Of a DNA stretch of 64,000 bases, positions 18,520 through 28,345 are shown one piece after another. Each line of letters begins with the position of its first letter. Position 1 is the stretch's first letter. Below the pieces are notes generated by a model. The model made no database searches. It had not been told where the DNA came from and was given only the letters and a program-made list of their open reading frames with translations. The position numbers were made by a program, and so were the translations under genes. The stretch spans positions 62,001 through 126,000 of the IMG/VR virus record IMGVR_UViG_3300009011_000001; one strand, written 5' to 3'.

Positions 18520-20172
18520 ATGCGTCTTCTTAAACTAAACTTCGTCGAAGCTCCACCGATGGCCGATCAGTACATTCGGTCATTCGATTTCGATATGAAG
18601 AATAGCCGGATTGACGATCTGGCAAGGCTGACCGAAGACGGTACAAACATCCTTCCTGAACGACTCGCCAAAGTCAGTTCTTCGCTGATGTCCCCAACGA
18701 CCCAACGTCGTGAGAAGATCGTTTCTCAGATCGATAAGGGCTGGGGGCAGCGCCGGATCATGTTCTCGATGGTGGTTGAAACATCCAGCCGTCCAAACCA
18801 TCAGACGTACGAATACATCGTTGGCCATACCGACCACGATGGCTTCTCGATGCTCGGCATGAAGGAAGTGAAGCTCGACAACCGGATGAAGCTGTACTTC
18901 GACCAGATCACCCACATTAACCTGTCGGGCGGTATGCGTCGTAATCAAGAAATCTGGACTCCGTCCATCAAGGCCAGTGACTTGGTCTTGAACCGTGACA
19001 CGCTGCGTGGGTTTGGCCACGACGACCTAGCTAGCCATGGCGGTCACCGCCCACTCACCAAGCGCCCAACGGATCTCTTCCGCCGCGAAGGCGCAGAGCT
19101 GAACTACAACGAAAGCAACTTCAGCCTAGACAGCGATAGCAACGATCGCCGTTCGGAAACCCACACCAACAATACTGTTGGTACGTTCACAAGCACGTTG
19201 AAGCTTTCCAGTCGCGATAACAATAGCCCAACCTCGTTCCTTCATCGGACCCTGGATGGCTACGTTACGGCATCTACCGGCCTGGGCCTGGGCGCTGATT
19301 CCAGCCCGTACGGTTTGCCAGACGAACGTCAGAACAAGCTGAGTAATCTGAAGCGTGCCTACGGCACTGTGGATGAAAACGATCCATCAGCTGACCGCTA
19401 CATCGAAGAGCTCAAGGAGAATACCCGGATCCTCAACACCGGTTACATCACCTACGGCGAACTTATGGAGATGAACCCAGAGTTCGTCAAGAGCGCTCAA
19501 GAAGACTTCGCCTTCGCAGATCCAAAGAAAAGCTATCGCCATGGCGACATGGGGATGTGGCGCGGTGACGACAACGAAACCATTGCAGCGTTCCAGATTG
19601 CTTGCTCGCTTCCGGGCCTGATGATCAAGAACATGTACTCGAAGATCGATGGGTTCACCATCAACTCCTACGGGCACAGCAAACTGCAGCGGATCACTGG
19701 CGGTATCACCAGCCCGTACATCGAAGGTATCGATACTTCTGCCACATGGCCGAACTTCGAACACCAGGTATCTGAAATCATGATCCACGAAGTCACTCGT
19801 GGGGCATTCAACTTCGAGGCCAAGATCGATGCAAACGTTGACGGTTTCGTCGACATCTGGATCCGCATCGACGGTGGTCCTGAATCCTTCCACAGCTTCC
19901 CGGCATATTGCGCAGGCACTGTGGCTCCGACTCTGGATACCGACGTGACTTCGCTGAGCCGCATGAGCCGGAACATGACTTCGATCTCGAACAGCTTGGC
20001 TGACAGCCGTCTGAATCGTAGTCGAATCAGTCTCGGTGAGCTTAACCGCAATGAAGAAGGCGGTATCAAGCTTGGTATTGGCGGTAACTTCCGCCGCGAA
20101 AACAATGATCTTTTCGGTAACACCGACGATCTTCCGTCCAGTCTCGCACTTCCTTCGAAGAAGAACTGGTAA
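18520..20172 (+). CDS. picA: PicA/Imp1-like phage-nucleus protein import factor (gp69-like)
   Basis: 550 aa; follows the gp68-like gene in the conserved block; GWGQRRIMF segment; synteny-based. Confidence 0.7.
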   Translation: MRLLKLNFVEAPPMADQYIRSFDFDMKNSRIDDLARLTEDGTNILPERLAKVSSSLMSPTTQRREKIVSQIDKGWGQRRIMFSMVVETSSRPNHQTYEYIVGHTDHDGFSMLGMKEVKLDNRMKLYFDQITHINLSGGMRRNQEIWTPSIKASDLVLNRDTLRGFGHDDLASHGGHRPLTKRPTDLFRREGAELNYNESNFSLDSDSNDRRSETHTNNTVGTFTSTLKLSSRDNNSPTSFLHRTLDGYVTASTGLGLGADSSPYGLPDERQNKLSNLKRAYGTVDENDPSADRYIEELKENTRILNTGYITYGELMEMNPEFVKSAQEDFAFADPKKSYRHGDMGMWRGDDNETIAAFQIACSLPGLMIKNMYSKIDGFTINSYGHSKLQRITGGITSPYIEGIDTSATWPNFEHQVSEIMIHEVTRGAFNFEAKIDANVDGFVDIWIRIDGGPESFHSFPAYCAGTVAPTLDTDVTSLSRMSRNMTSISNSLADSRLNRSRISLGELNRNEEGGIKLGIGGNFRRENNDLFGNTDDLPSSLALPSKKNW

Positions 20173-20198
20173 CTTTCACCCACGAGGGGTAACAATGA

Positions 20199-21488
20199 AT
20201 GTCAACGAAACTCGACAGTCTACTTGATTTCTATCTGAAGCTGTTGTTGGACGTCGGTGTGTTCGACAAAGATGGCAAAGGGCTGTTGTCCTACGATCAT
20301 GGCGGAACTCCTCATCCGGTATCGCTGGCCGGCACGCGTCTGTGCCTGCCGACCCGCGAGATCGTTCGTGACGGCGAATGGACTGCCCGTACGGCATTCC
20401 ACCCAATGTCTGAGCAGATCAACCAGGGCCCATCGCCGGTACTGAATGCACTCAAGGCGTATATCGTCGAGCGCATTCGTCCGGTGTACAAACTGATCGC
20501 GTTGGAGCTGGCTGAGCTGGTGGCTGATCATAGCCGCCACAAAGGCCTGTCCACCAAAGCGGCCAAGTTCATGAAGCCGCTAGTTGGTTTCGACGACACC
20601 ACGACCAAAGCTCTGGAAAAGGTTTTCAAGCGCACCAGCACTGAAATCCCTGAAAAGCGCCTGGTCAGCATCTTCCTGCAAAGCGGTGGCGGTAATGGCG
20701 TCCTGCGCAGCTGCAGCGTTTCCTTCCCGCTGATGGATGACGCCGACAACGAAGACACCACCACGTTCTTCGAAGTCAACATGCCGCGCAAGACCAAGGA
20801 CAAAGGGCTGATCGTAGCTCTCCTGAAATACGTTCTGGGCGAAGCTTCGGATTTCACCGGTGAAGTCAAGACCGGCGATGCGCCGTACTTTGAAAGCCTG
20901 CTGATCAGCTTCCGCAAGATTGCTGAGCATCTGAACGGTCTGATCGATCTGCACAGCCCGGCATGCCCGGTGTTGAAAGACTTCCGCTTCCATCTCGAAT
21001 GGATGGATGTGCTGGATAAGTTCGGCGAGTTCTGCGAGAAGTACGGTGTAGCGGTTCCGGCATTGCCGGGTAATGTGGGTATCGATCCAGAGCCAGAAGA
21101 TGAAGAAGAAACGCCAACCCGCTCGGTCTTCGAAAGCACAGCAGACCAAGTCGGTTCGCTGGACCTCCCGTTCAGCAAAGACGGCGAAGAGCGTAGCGGC
21201 ACTGGCGGTTCTCTTTATCGCAGTAGTGCTGCCCATACTCGCGATCGCGATCAAGGTGATCGTGGCCTGGATTCTGGCAGATCTGATAGCAGCAGCTTGA
21301 GCATCTCCGACATCCTGCGTGATCGTGGCAGTCGTGATCGTGATAGCGGCCTTGATCGCCGTCCGTCTCGTGACAGCCGTGACAACCGCGATCTGTTCTC
21401 CCGTCGGGATGAAGAGCGTGGCGGTATTCGCCTGGGTGGCGATAACGGTCTGGGCGGTTTGGGCCGCGGTGGCGGTAAGCGCTGGTAA
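20199..21488 (+). CDS. Conserved core protein (gp70-like) with R/D/G-rich disordered tail
   Basis: 429 aa; LCLPT...FHPMSE...GPSPV segment; syntenic position. Confidence 0.75.
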   Translation: MSTKLDSLLDFYLKLLLDVGVFDKDGKGLLSYDHGGTPHPVSLAGTRLCLPTREIVRDGEWTARTAFHPMSEQINQGPSPVLNALKAYIVERIRPVYKLIALELAELVADHSRHKGLSTKAAKFMKPLVGFDDTTTKALEKVFKRTSTEIPEKRLVSIFLQSGGGNGVLRSCSVSFPLMDDADNEDTTTFFEVNMPRKTKDKGLIVALLKYVLGEASDFTGEVKTGDAPYFESLLISFRKIAEHLNGLIDLHSPACPVLKDFRFHLEWMDVLDKFGEFCEKYGVAVPALPGNVGIDPEPEDEEETPTRSVFESTADQVGSLDLPFSKDGEERSGTGGSLYRSSAAHTRDRDQGDRGLDSGRSDSSSLSISDILRDRGSRDRDSGLDRRPSRDSRDNRDLFSRRDEERGGIRLGGDNGLGGLGRGGGKRW

Positions 21489-21490
21489 AC

Positions 21491-21533
21491 GGCATAAAGA
21501 GGTGGGGGCAACCCCACCTCTCTTGCTCTTTTT
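21491..21533. terminator. CATA-hairpin(GCAA) terminator between convergent genes
   Basis: agaggtgggg-gcaa-ccccacctct followed by a T-rich tail. Confidence 0.8.
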
Positions 21534-21873
21534 AATTTGCCGTTAGACGAGTTCGATAAACCATCTTCATCCTGGCAACTAGATCTTTGTCTGGAATTAG
21601 CAAGGTCCCGATGTTCTCGTTGATTTCGTGCATGGAGTTAATTCCGTTCACACGCATAATCAATTGGTGGTCTTCAAGCTCAACTCCCTGTTCCAGTAAG
21701 TACCCGGCCAGGTCAAACTGAAACAGAAACCCTTCCTCTGGCGCAACGGCAACAGCGCGCGTAGCAGGGTGGGTTCTGAAAAACGTAACCAGTGACTCGA
21801 TGTAAGTGTTGTAATCGCGAGTTGTTGTGTATTCGTCAGGGCTCTCAATACGAAGATTGTCCAGCGCGCTCAT
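21532..21873 (-). CDS. Small protein, possible LysM/gpX/T4 gp53-like baseplate component
   Basis: 113 aa; GAGG RBS; LIMRVNGI...LLIPD pattern. Confidence 0.6.
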   Translation of the reverse strand: MSALDNLRIESPDEYTTTRDYNTYIESLVTFFRTHPATRAVAVAPEEGFLFQFDLAGYLLEQGVELEDHQLIMRVNGINSMHEINENIGTLLIPDKDLVARMKMVYRTRLTAN

Positions 21874-21897
21874 TGTGACCTCGTTAATTTCCAGTCA

Positions 21898-21912
21898 TAC
21901 ATTACAGTTGTG
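21898..21912 (+). promoter_or_regulatory. Putative early promoter TACATTAC-N5-TG
   Basis: TACATTACagttgTG upstream of the nvRNAP beta gene. Confidence 0.7.
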
Positions 21913-21930
21913 TAGTACCATTACCGCCCA

Positions 21931-24120
21931 ATGGAGTTGCAAATGTCGGATCCGCGATTTCCGATTCACCCTGAGTATGTTTCATTTAACGGGATGAACT
22001 CGTATTTCAAAAACGTGTCACCCGTTCGACAAGTGATGCACACCGGCGCTATGTCCCAAGCGCTGATCGTAGATGGCCGCACCCGTAAGCGTCAGCAATC
22101 GGGTCTGGAACGAGAAATTGCCCGAGGAGCTCTAAACCACACGTTCCGAAACGACGTGATCATTCGAGCCGTAATCCCACGCTTTACTGATGACATGTTC
22201 AGCCACCTTCCCAATGGCCGAACTGCAAACCCGCTCGATCTGGTGATCTTTGAAGATTACCGTACCGAGCAGCTGGACGTCATGGAGCTTTCTAAGTTCC
22301 ACGTCATGCACCAGCACTTTGGTTTCGTGTTCGACATCGACGAAGACATCTATAACCGGATGGCCAACGTCAAAGATGTCATGATTCCAGCAGGCACTTG
22401 TGTGGCTCGCTCTCCGGCCGTTACGCCGGATGGTGACTACATGCCCGGACTCGAAACCAACGTTGTGATGCTGTCTCACCCGGCAACGGATAACGACAGT
22501 ATCATTTTCTCTGAGTCCTACGCGTCAAAGCGTATCCGTTCCAACGCCTTCGAATCTCGTGGGCTGGAATGTGGCCGGCACAAATATCCGATTAACGCTT
22601 ACGGCAATGGCTCGATCTTCAAGCCAATGCCCGATGTAGGCGAGATCATTCATAGCAACGGTCTGCTGATTGCGACTCGTCCTTACGACGAACGCCTCGA
22701 TGCGGTCTACATGACGCGCAAGCAGTTGCTCAAGCCGATCTATTGGCTGGATGATCGAATCGTTGGCCACGCAGGTGCTGAGATTGTTGACATCGAAGTG
22801 ATGCACAACAGTCATCTTGCAAGTCAGCGCTTGCCGGAAGAAATGTCAAGACAGTTCCGCAAGTACTACGACGCCGATCGCCGCTTCTATACGGAGCTGA
22901 TCCGCAATACGGTATTCCGTAGCGGGCGTTGGAATGACAACGTGAACATGTCTGACCGTCTGGCTACTCTGGTCACCATGGCAATCCCTCGTGCCGGTCA
23001 CATGCTGGTCGAAGAGGGAATGTGGCCGAAGAACCAGGCTGATGAACTGGACGTGCGTCTGAACTATCGTGGCGATCTGCTCGATGAGTGGAAGGTGAAA
23101 CTTACCTACCGCTATAAGACAGAAGCAGGCGAGGGTCCAAAGGCTACGGACGAAAACGGCGCTAAAGGCGTTGCATCGTTTGTAATGCCAGACGCCGACA
23201 TGCCGGTCGATGCATTCGGTAACCGTGCTGAGATTGCTGTACTCAGTAACCCGACTGTAAACCGGATGAACCCTGGTCGTCCTCACCAGCAAATGATCGG
23301 CGCTGCCGGTCGTGATGTAATCAAACGTGTTCGCCGCACCTACGGTCTGCCGTCGATGGGCGAAGTCACGAGAGAAGGGGCTGAGCGTGCTGTTTACGAC
23401 AAAGCCAATGCTGAACTGAACTTTAAGAACTTCGCGTACATCGTTGGGTTCTACAAGATCGTCAGCAAAGATCGGATGTACATGTTGGCAACTCGCGATG
23501 ACGTCATCTCTACTGGACGCTATCTGCGACATCTCGTCGAAGTCATTCTTGACGGCAACGGCGAGCATGCTTACGGCATGTACATTCAGAAGGTCCCTGA
23601 GAGCGAAGATAAGCTCGATGAGATCATTGATGCGCTGTACTCTGGCGATTACCGCCCTGAGATGAGCCCGGTTACCTTCCGCGATTACAGCGGCAAAATG
23701 GTGACCACCAAGGAAGATGTGCTGATCGGACCGATCTACCACCTCATCCTGGAAAAGACTGCTACCGATGGCTCTGGCGTGAGTTCTGCGAAGCTTAACC
23801 ACTTCGGCATTACTTCGCGTCTGACCAATGCCGACAAGCACTCAACCGCTGGTCGTCAAACGGTGACTCGTTCTCTCGACGAGGCATCCATCCGGAGCAT
23901 GGCAGCGGCATCTGGCGCTGAAGTCATGGCGCACATCGTTGACCTGCACAACAACCCAGTGGTGCACAAAGCGGTGTGTCGCAACATCATTACGGCCGAT
24001 AAGCCTACCGACATCGATGAACTCGTTGACCGGTCGGTCTTTAAGCTGGGTGGCCACCGGCCGCTTGCGTTTGCAATCAACCAGTTCATTTGCTCAGGCA
24101 AGTTCATCACTCACGACTAA
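21931..24120 (+). CDS. Non-virion RNA polymerase beta-like C-terminal subunit (gp71-73-like, uninterrupted)
   Basis: GPKATDENGAKGV, DMPVD, NRMNPG and IGPIYHLILEK beta-subunit motifs; start may be 21943. Confidence 0.9.
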   Translation: MELQMSDPRFPIHPEYVSFNGMNSYFKNVSPVRQVMHTGAMSQALIVDGRTRKRQQSGLEREIARGALNHTFRNDVIIRAVIPRFTDDMFSHLPNGRTANPLDLVIFEDYRTEQLDVMELSKFHVMHQHFGFVFDIDEDIYNRMANVKDVMIPAGTCVARSPAVTPDGDYMPGLETNVVMLSHPATDNDSIIFSESYASKRIRSNAFESRGLECGRHKYPINAYGNGSIFKPMPDVGEIIHSNGLLIATRPYDERLDAVYMTRKQLLKPIYWLDDRIVGHAGAEIVDIEVMHNSHLASQRLPEEMSRQFRKYYDADRRFYTELIRNTVFRSGRWNDNVNMSDRLATLVTMAIPRAGHMLVEEGMWPKNQADELDVRLNYRGDLLDEWKVKLTYRYKTEAGEGPKATDENGAKGVASFVMPDADMPVDAFGNRAEIAVLSNPTVNRMNPGRPHQQMIGAAGRDVIKRVRRTYGLPSMGEVTREGAERAVYDKANAELNFKNFAYIVGFYKIVSKDRMYMLATRDDVISTGRYLRHLVEVILDGNGEHAYGMYIQKVPESEDKLDEIIDALYSGDYRPEMSPVTFRDYSGKMVTTKEDVLIGPIYHLILEKTATDGSGVSSAKLNHFGITSRLTNADKHSTAGRQTVTRSLDEASIRSMAAASGAEVMAHIVDLHNNPVVHKAVCRNIITADKPTDIDELVDRSVFKLGGHRPLAFAINQFICSGKFITHD

Positions 24121-24134
24121 TCGAGGTATCATCA

Positions 24135-26108
24135 ATGCGTACGTTTCACGTCAGAGAATTCTTTGACAATCCGCAAAGAGATTGGCCGTGTTTGAAAGAT
24201 GAGCTGTTTACCCTGCAGTTGGACGACGGGGAGAAAATCAAGACCGTTACGGCGGCGCTGGAGATCTCCAAGAAGTTGTGGTTGGTCCATGAGAAGTACG
24301 ACCGCCTGCCGATCCTTGCGCGTCACTGTGTGCAAAAGGTACCGATGTCCAATGGCGATATTTCTGCCATTGGCTCGGCGGTAGCCGAAGATATTCACGA
24401 CATCTACGGCATCGGCGGATATAACCGGGAAGAGCTCTGGTGGTATATGCAGCTGAACAACCAGCGGCTGTACAACGAGAGTATCATTGACTATCCTGAG
24501 TACATGAGGGGGTCTAACTCCTTCACGTTCCACGAGGTCTACCAACACCCGGAAATCAAGAAGATTCGGGAAACGCTTTACGATAACCCGACAGCAATCT
24601 CCATTGAGAAAGCGAACGACAAGGCAACGCACGTCATCATGACGGCACCTGACCTTGCGCGTAACGCCATCGTATCTGACCTCCGGGCCAAGATCATCAA
24701 GATGGAGCAGTTCCTGCAGGTCATCCTTGTTCGGGGTTTCAACACCGACATCGATGACGTGATCTATCGCAAGCCGATCATGGGCAACTATTACTCCGGC
24801 ATCAACGACCCTGCTGAAGCGGCCATGGACTCGACCTTGGCTTCCAAAGCGATCATCTATCAAGGTGAGCCGTTGGAGCAAACCGAATACGCCAACCGGA
24901 AGTTGCAGTTCAGTTCACAGCGGGTTGATCTGCTGATCATGAACGACTGTAACTCCCCGGTGTTGGCACCTATCGAAGTGACGCCTGCGCGCTACTCCGA
25001 CATGGAAGGGTTGTACTTCAAAGATCCGGAGACGGGGAACCTCAAGTCCCTGCGTCTGCGTGATCGAAAGAAATACGAAGGCATGACTCTGAGCTTTCGG
25101 TTACCGTTCAATTGCAAGTATCGAGGCAGTGCTTGCGTATGCCGGATGTGTTACGGCGAGCTGGCATTCAACCTGCCTTACGGTGTGAACATCGGCCATG
25201 TGGCTTCCACCATGACTCAGTCGGAAGTATCTCAACGAGTGCTGAAGGTTAAGCACTCCGAGAAGTCGACTGTGGCCGAACGTATCAACATCAACTCCGA
25301 GGAGAAGCCTTACATCGACCATGCTGAAGCGCCGAATATGATTGTTCTCAATCCTAATTTGGCGAAGAATGGCATCAAGTTGTTGCTCAAGGCTGCGGTG
25401 GTTCAGGGCGTGTTCAATGCGTCCAAGATCCCACTGCTCAAGAAGGACCAGATTCGCGAGGACGTTCCGACGTCCAAGTTCAGTCAGTTCCGCAATGTGT
25501 CGTTCGATCTGCCGACTCAAAGCAAACAACCGATGCGGGTGCACGTCACTGTCTCGAGGGGTGGTAACTATTCCTTCCTGACACACGACTTCCTACGGTT
25601 TATGCTTAAAGAACAGTTCACAATCCGGGAAGATGGGTATTATCACATCGACCTGACGAACTGGGATTTCAACAAGCCGGTATTCGAGCTGCCGAACAAA
25701 CATATCTCGATGCGTGACTTCGCTGCTGAAGTTGAGGTGTTCGTTCGTTCCACACGGGATAACTCCAGTCGCCACCTGGGTCGCCTGAAACAGCTGACCC
25801 AATACGCCGACCCAGTGGAAGCAATGCTGGACGCGCATGAACTGATCGCGAGTAAGGTTCCCGTTTCGATGACTCACGTAGCCGTGGTGCTTCTATCCAT
25901 GACTGTGGGCATGGACCGGGACAGCGTCAAGATCCCACCGTTTGGCGAGACTCTGCGTTTCGCTAAGTACGGCAAGATCCTGGCGAACGGTAGCTACGGT
26001 GCGCTGTTTGCGTACCAAGGCGCCAATGCGGTAATGGACAAGATGGAGCAGTTCCTGATTGTAGATAGGATGCAACATTTGCTCGATCCGATGATCATGC
26101 CAAATTAA
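24135..26108 (+). CDS. Non-virion RNA polymerase beta'-like C-terminal subunit (gp74-like)
   Basis: TEYANRKLQ bridge-helix-like segment, C..VCRMCYG Zn site, SQRVLKVKH trigger-loop-like segment; GAGG RBS before ATG 24135. Confidence 0.9.
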   Translation: MRTFHVREFFDNPQRDWPCLKDELFTLQLDDGEKIKTVTAALEISKKLWLVHEKYDRLPILARHCVQKVPMSNGDISAIGSAVAEDIHDIYGIGGYNREELWWYMQLNNQRLYNESIIDYPEYMRGSNSFTFHEVYQHPEIKKIRETLYDNPTAISIEKANDKATHVIMTAPDLARNAIVSDLRAKIIKMEQFLQVILVRGFNTDIDDVIYRKPIMGNYYSGINDPAEAAMDSTLASKAIIYQGEPLEQTEYANRKLQFSSQRVDLLIMNDCNSPVLAPIEVTPARYSDMEGLYFKDPETGNLKSLRLRDRKKYEGMTLSFRLPFNCKYRGSACVCRMCYGELAFNLPYGVNIGHVASTMTQSEVSQRVLKVKHSEKSTVAERININSEEKPYIDHAEAPNMIVLNPNLAKNGIKLLLKAAVVQGVFNASKIPLLKKDQIREDVPTSKFSQFRNVSFDLPTQSKQPMRVHVTVSRGGNYSFLTHDFLRFMLKEQFTIREDGYYHIDLTNWDFNKPVFELPNKHISMRDFAAEVEVFVRSTRDNSSRHLGRLKQLTQYADPVEAMLDAHELIASKVPVSMTHVAVVLLSMTVGMDRDSVKIPPFGETLRFAKYGKILANGSYGALFAYQGANAVMDKMEQFLIVDRMQHLLDPMIMPN

Positions 26109-26117
26109 CCAGTAAAG

Positions 26118-26151
26118 ACACACTGCGTAGCTTTGCGGCTACGCAGTGTGT
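26118..26151 (+). terminator. Perfect 14-bp hairpin
   Basis: acacactgcgtagc-tttgcg-gctacgcagtgtgt. Confidence 0.65.
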
Positions 26152-26161
26152 TGGAGGCTTT

Positions 26162-26665
26162 ATGTCTACATCAGAACCAAAGATTGTTGCAGGTCTGACA
26201 TTCCATGAATGTCAGCTAGACGACATCAGCAAAACAATTGACGACTTTGTTGCCGCACGGACCAAATACTACCATCGGTTCTCCGGTCGTTTCATTTACC
26301 TCCTTCAGGATAAAAATACCAAACTCTACGAAGTAAAAACCAGCACTAATGTTTCTAAAGGTCTTCGAGCAATCGCTGCCGGAAAATGCTCAGCTTGGCT
26401 CAAAATGCTTTATCCGAATCGTGTTCAGGACAATATCAATGTCTGGGTTGCGGAGTCTGTAGACGGCATTTCAGATTGGCACGTTGAGTCCGAGCTGTTC
26501 GGAAGCTGGATCAACAAAAAGAAAGAAAACGACCATGCCAAACGCCTTGCTTCACGCATAGGCAGGATGTCAGATGAAGAGATCCTTGAGTTTAGGCGAG
26601 TGAATCCGAAAGGGTTTGCAAGGGTCGGCCAGGCACTACACATCCTCGATACGCCCGCTCAATAA
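26162..26665 (+). CDS. Hypothetical protein, degenerate GIY-YIG-like
   Basis: 167 aa; GGAGG RBS; FIYLLQDKNTKLYEVKTSTN segment; more AT-rich than flanking genes. Confidence 0.6.
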   Translation: MSTSEPKIVAGLTFHECQLDDISKTIDDFVAARTKYYHRFSGRFIYLLQDKNTKLYEVKTSTNVSKGLRAIAAGKCSAWLKMLYPNRVQDNINVWVAESVDGISDWHVESELFGSWINKKKENDHAKRLASRIGRMSDEEILEFRRVNPKGFARVGQALHILDTPAQ

Positions 26666-26672
26666 AGAAAAT

Positions 26673-26710
26673 CGCCGGGTTCGTCCCGGCGGTAAGGGCT
26701 TTTCTTTTTT
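26673..26710 (+). terminator. Intrinsic terminator
   Basis: cgccggg-ttcgt-cccggcg followed by a T-tract. Confidence 0.65.
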
Positions 26711-26766
26711 GACTAAACATCCTAATGCTTTGAGAGAAACTATGCCGTAAGCTTTAGGAGTTTATC

Positions 26767-28290
26767 TTGAAGATAGATGTTTATAGCCACGGCTTTGTGG
26801 TGACTAAACTTGCGAACGCGCATGAGAAACACGCGCTCGAGAAGTTTTGCGGTCCTCTGATCCTCTTCGAAGAGAAGACGTTCGAGGGCGGCATGACCCG
26901 CATGGTGCCTTCTAAGACCTTCGCGGCTTCTAACGCAGGTCGAGAGTATTACCGATTTCACGTCAACCTGCTGAAAGAATTTCAGCACACAATGGCCTAT
27001 CACCAGATCAAGCGTGAAGCCATTGAAATCCAGCACCATCCGGTTGTAATGGATGAGAGCTTTAATGTCCACTTTGTCGAACGGGAACTGAACGTACCCC
27101 GAGACTATCAAGACGAGATCATTGACTACATCGTTCAACCCGGATCTAACAAGGTCATTACGTTGCAGGCTGGTGGCGGTAAAACGACCATTGCCCAGCA
27201 TGCAATGAAGCGCCTTGGTTATCGTACGAGCATCATGATGAAGGGTGGTTACCTTGATCAGTGGGTTGGTGTTCTCGATAACTCGTTTAAGTTTGAACGT
27301 GGTGCGCTGGTGAAGATCCAAGGGTCTACATCTCTGCACACCGTGATGCAGATGGCTATCGATGGCGATCAGTTGCCTGACGTTATGCTTATCTCTATCA
27401 ACACGTTCTCTGAGTACATCCGGGACTACGAGCGCAACGGCGTTACCAAGCTTTATCCGATTCCGCCTCATGAGTTCTTTGAGACGATGAAGATCGGCCT
27501 GAACATCTTCGACGAAGGACACCAGTTCCCGCATCAGGTGATGAAGCTGTTCGTCTACACCCACATCGAAAAGTTCGTGACACTGTCTGCTACTCTAGAG
27601 ACACGCAACAAGTTCATGAACCGTATCTACGAGATCATGTATCCCAGATGTGATCGTTTTGATGCGGGGTATAGAAAGGTTTATATCTCAGCGTCTGCAG
27701 TGTATTGGCAGCTTAAAGATTCCAAGTCCATCAGGTACACGGGATACAAAGGCGCCTATTCCCATGTGAAGTTCGAAGAGAGCATGTTGCTCCACAAGAA
27801 CAAGAAGGTTCTGGCTAACTACGTCGACATGATCTGCGAGTTTGCCGAATCTGAGTTTATCCATCACATGGAGAAAGGGCAGAAGATGCTGATCTTCTGT
27901 GCCACGGTTAAATTCTGTACGATGTTGCAGAAGGAGTTCAAGAAACGGTATGCAGACATGAATACCGTGCGGTACGTTTCTGCAGACAAACGAACGGTAA
28001 TGGACGATGCTGATATCATCATCAGTACGGTTCTATCGGCTGGTACGGCGGTGGACATCCCTAACCTTCGTGTAACGTGGATGACAACCGCAATTGACTC
28101 ACAACAGGCGAATGAACAAGCTCTGTATCGAACGCGTCCTCTTAAGGACTGGCCGGATATCAGACCTCGATTCATTTACTCGTGCTGTACAACGATTGAG
28201 AAACACATGCGCTATCACCGCAACAAGGAGCAGGCTTGGAAAGGTCTGGTTCTTGAACACGGTGTCATGCAATCTCCAATCACCGTGTAA
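26767..28290 (+). CDS. Superfamily 2 helicase (UvsW/Rad25-like, gp75-like)
   Basis: PRDYQ, AGGGKT, DEGH, SAT and GTAVDIP motifs; AGGAG RBS with TTG start. Confidence 0.9.
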   Translation: MKIDVYSHGFVVTKLANAHEKHALEKFCGPLILFEEKTFEGGMTRMVPSKTFAASNAGREYYRFHVNLLKEFQHTMAYHQIKREAIEIQHHPVVMDESFNVHFVERELNVPRDYQDEIIDYIVQPGSNKVITLQAGGGKTTIAQHAMKRLGYRTSIMMKGGYLDQWVGVLDNSFKFERGALVKIQGSTSLHTVMQMAIDGDQLPDVMLISINTFSEYIRDYERNGVTKLYPIPPHEFFETMKIGLNIFDEGHQFPHQVMKLFVYTHIEKFVTLSATLETRNKFMNRIYEIMYPRCDRFDAGYRKVYISASAVYWQLKDSKSIRYTGYKGAYSHVKFEESMLLHKNKKVLANYVDMICEFAESEFIHHMEKGQKMLIFCATVKFCTMLQKEFKKRYADMNTVRYVSADKRTVMDDADIIISTVLSAGTAVDIPNLRVTWMTTAIDSQQANEQALYRTRPLKDWPDIRPRFIYSCCTTIEKHMRYHRNKEQAWKGLVLEHGVMQSPITV

Positions 28291-28291
28291 A

Positions 28292-28343
28292 CGGCATACA
28301 GCCCGGCGCAATGCCGGGCTGTATGCCGCACTTCTTTTTTTTT
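28292..28343. terminator. Bidirectional CATA-hairpin-TATG element
   Basis: cggcatacagcccggc-gcaat-gccgggctgtatgccg followed by a T-tract. Confidence 0.85.
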
Positions 28344-28345
28344 TG

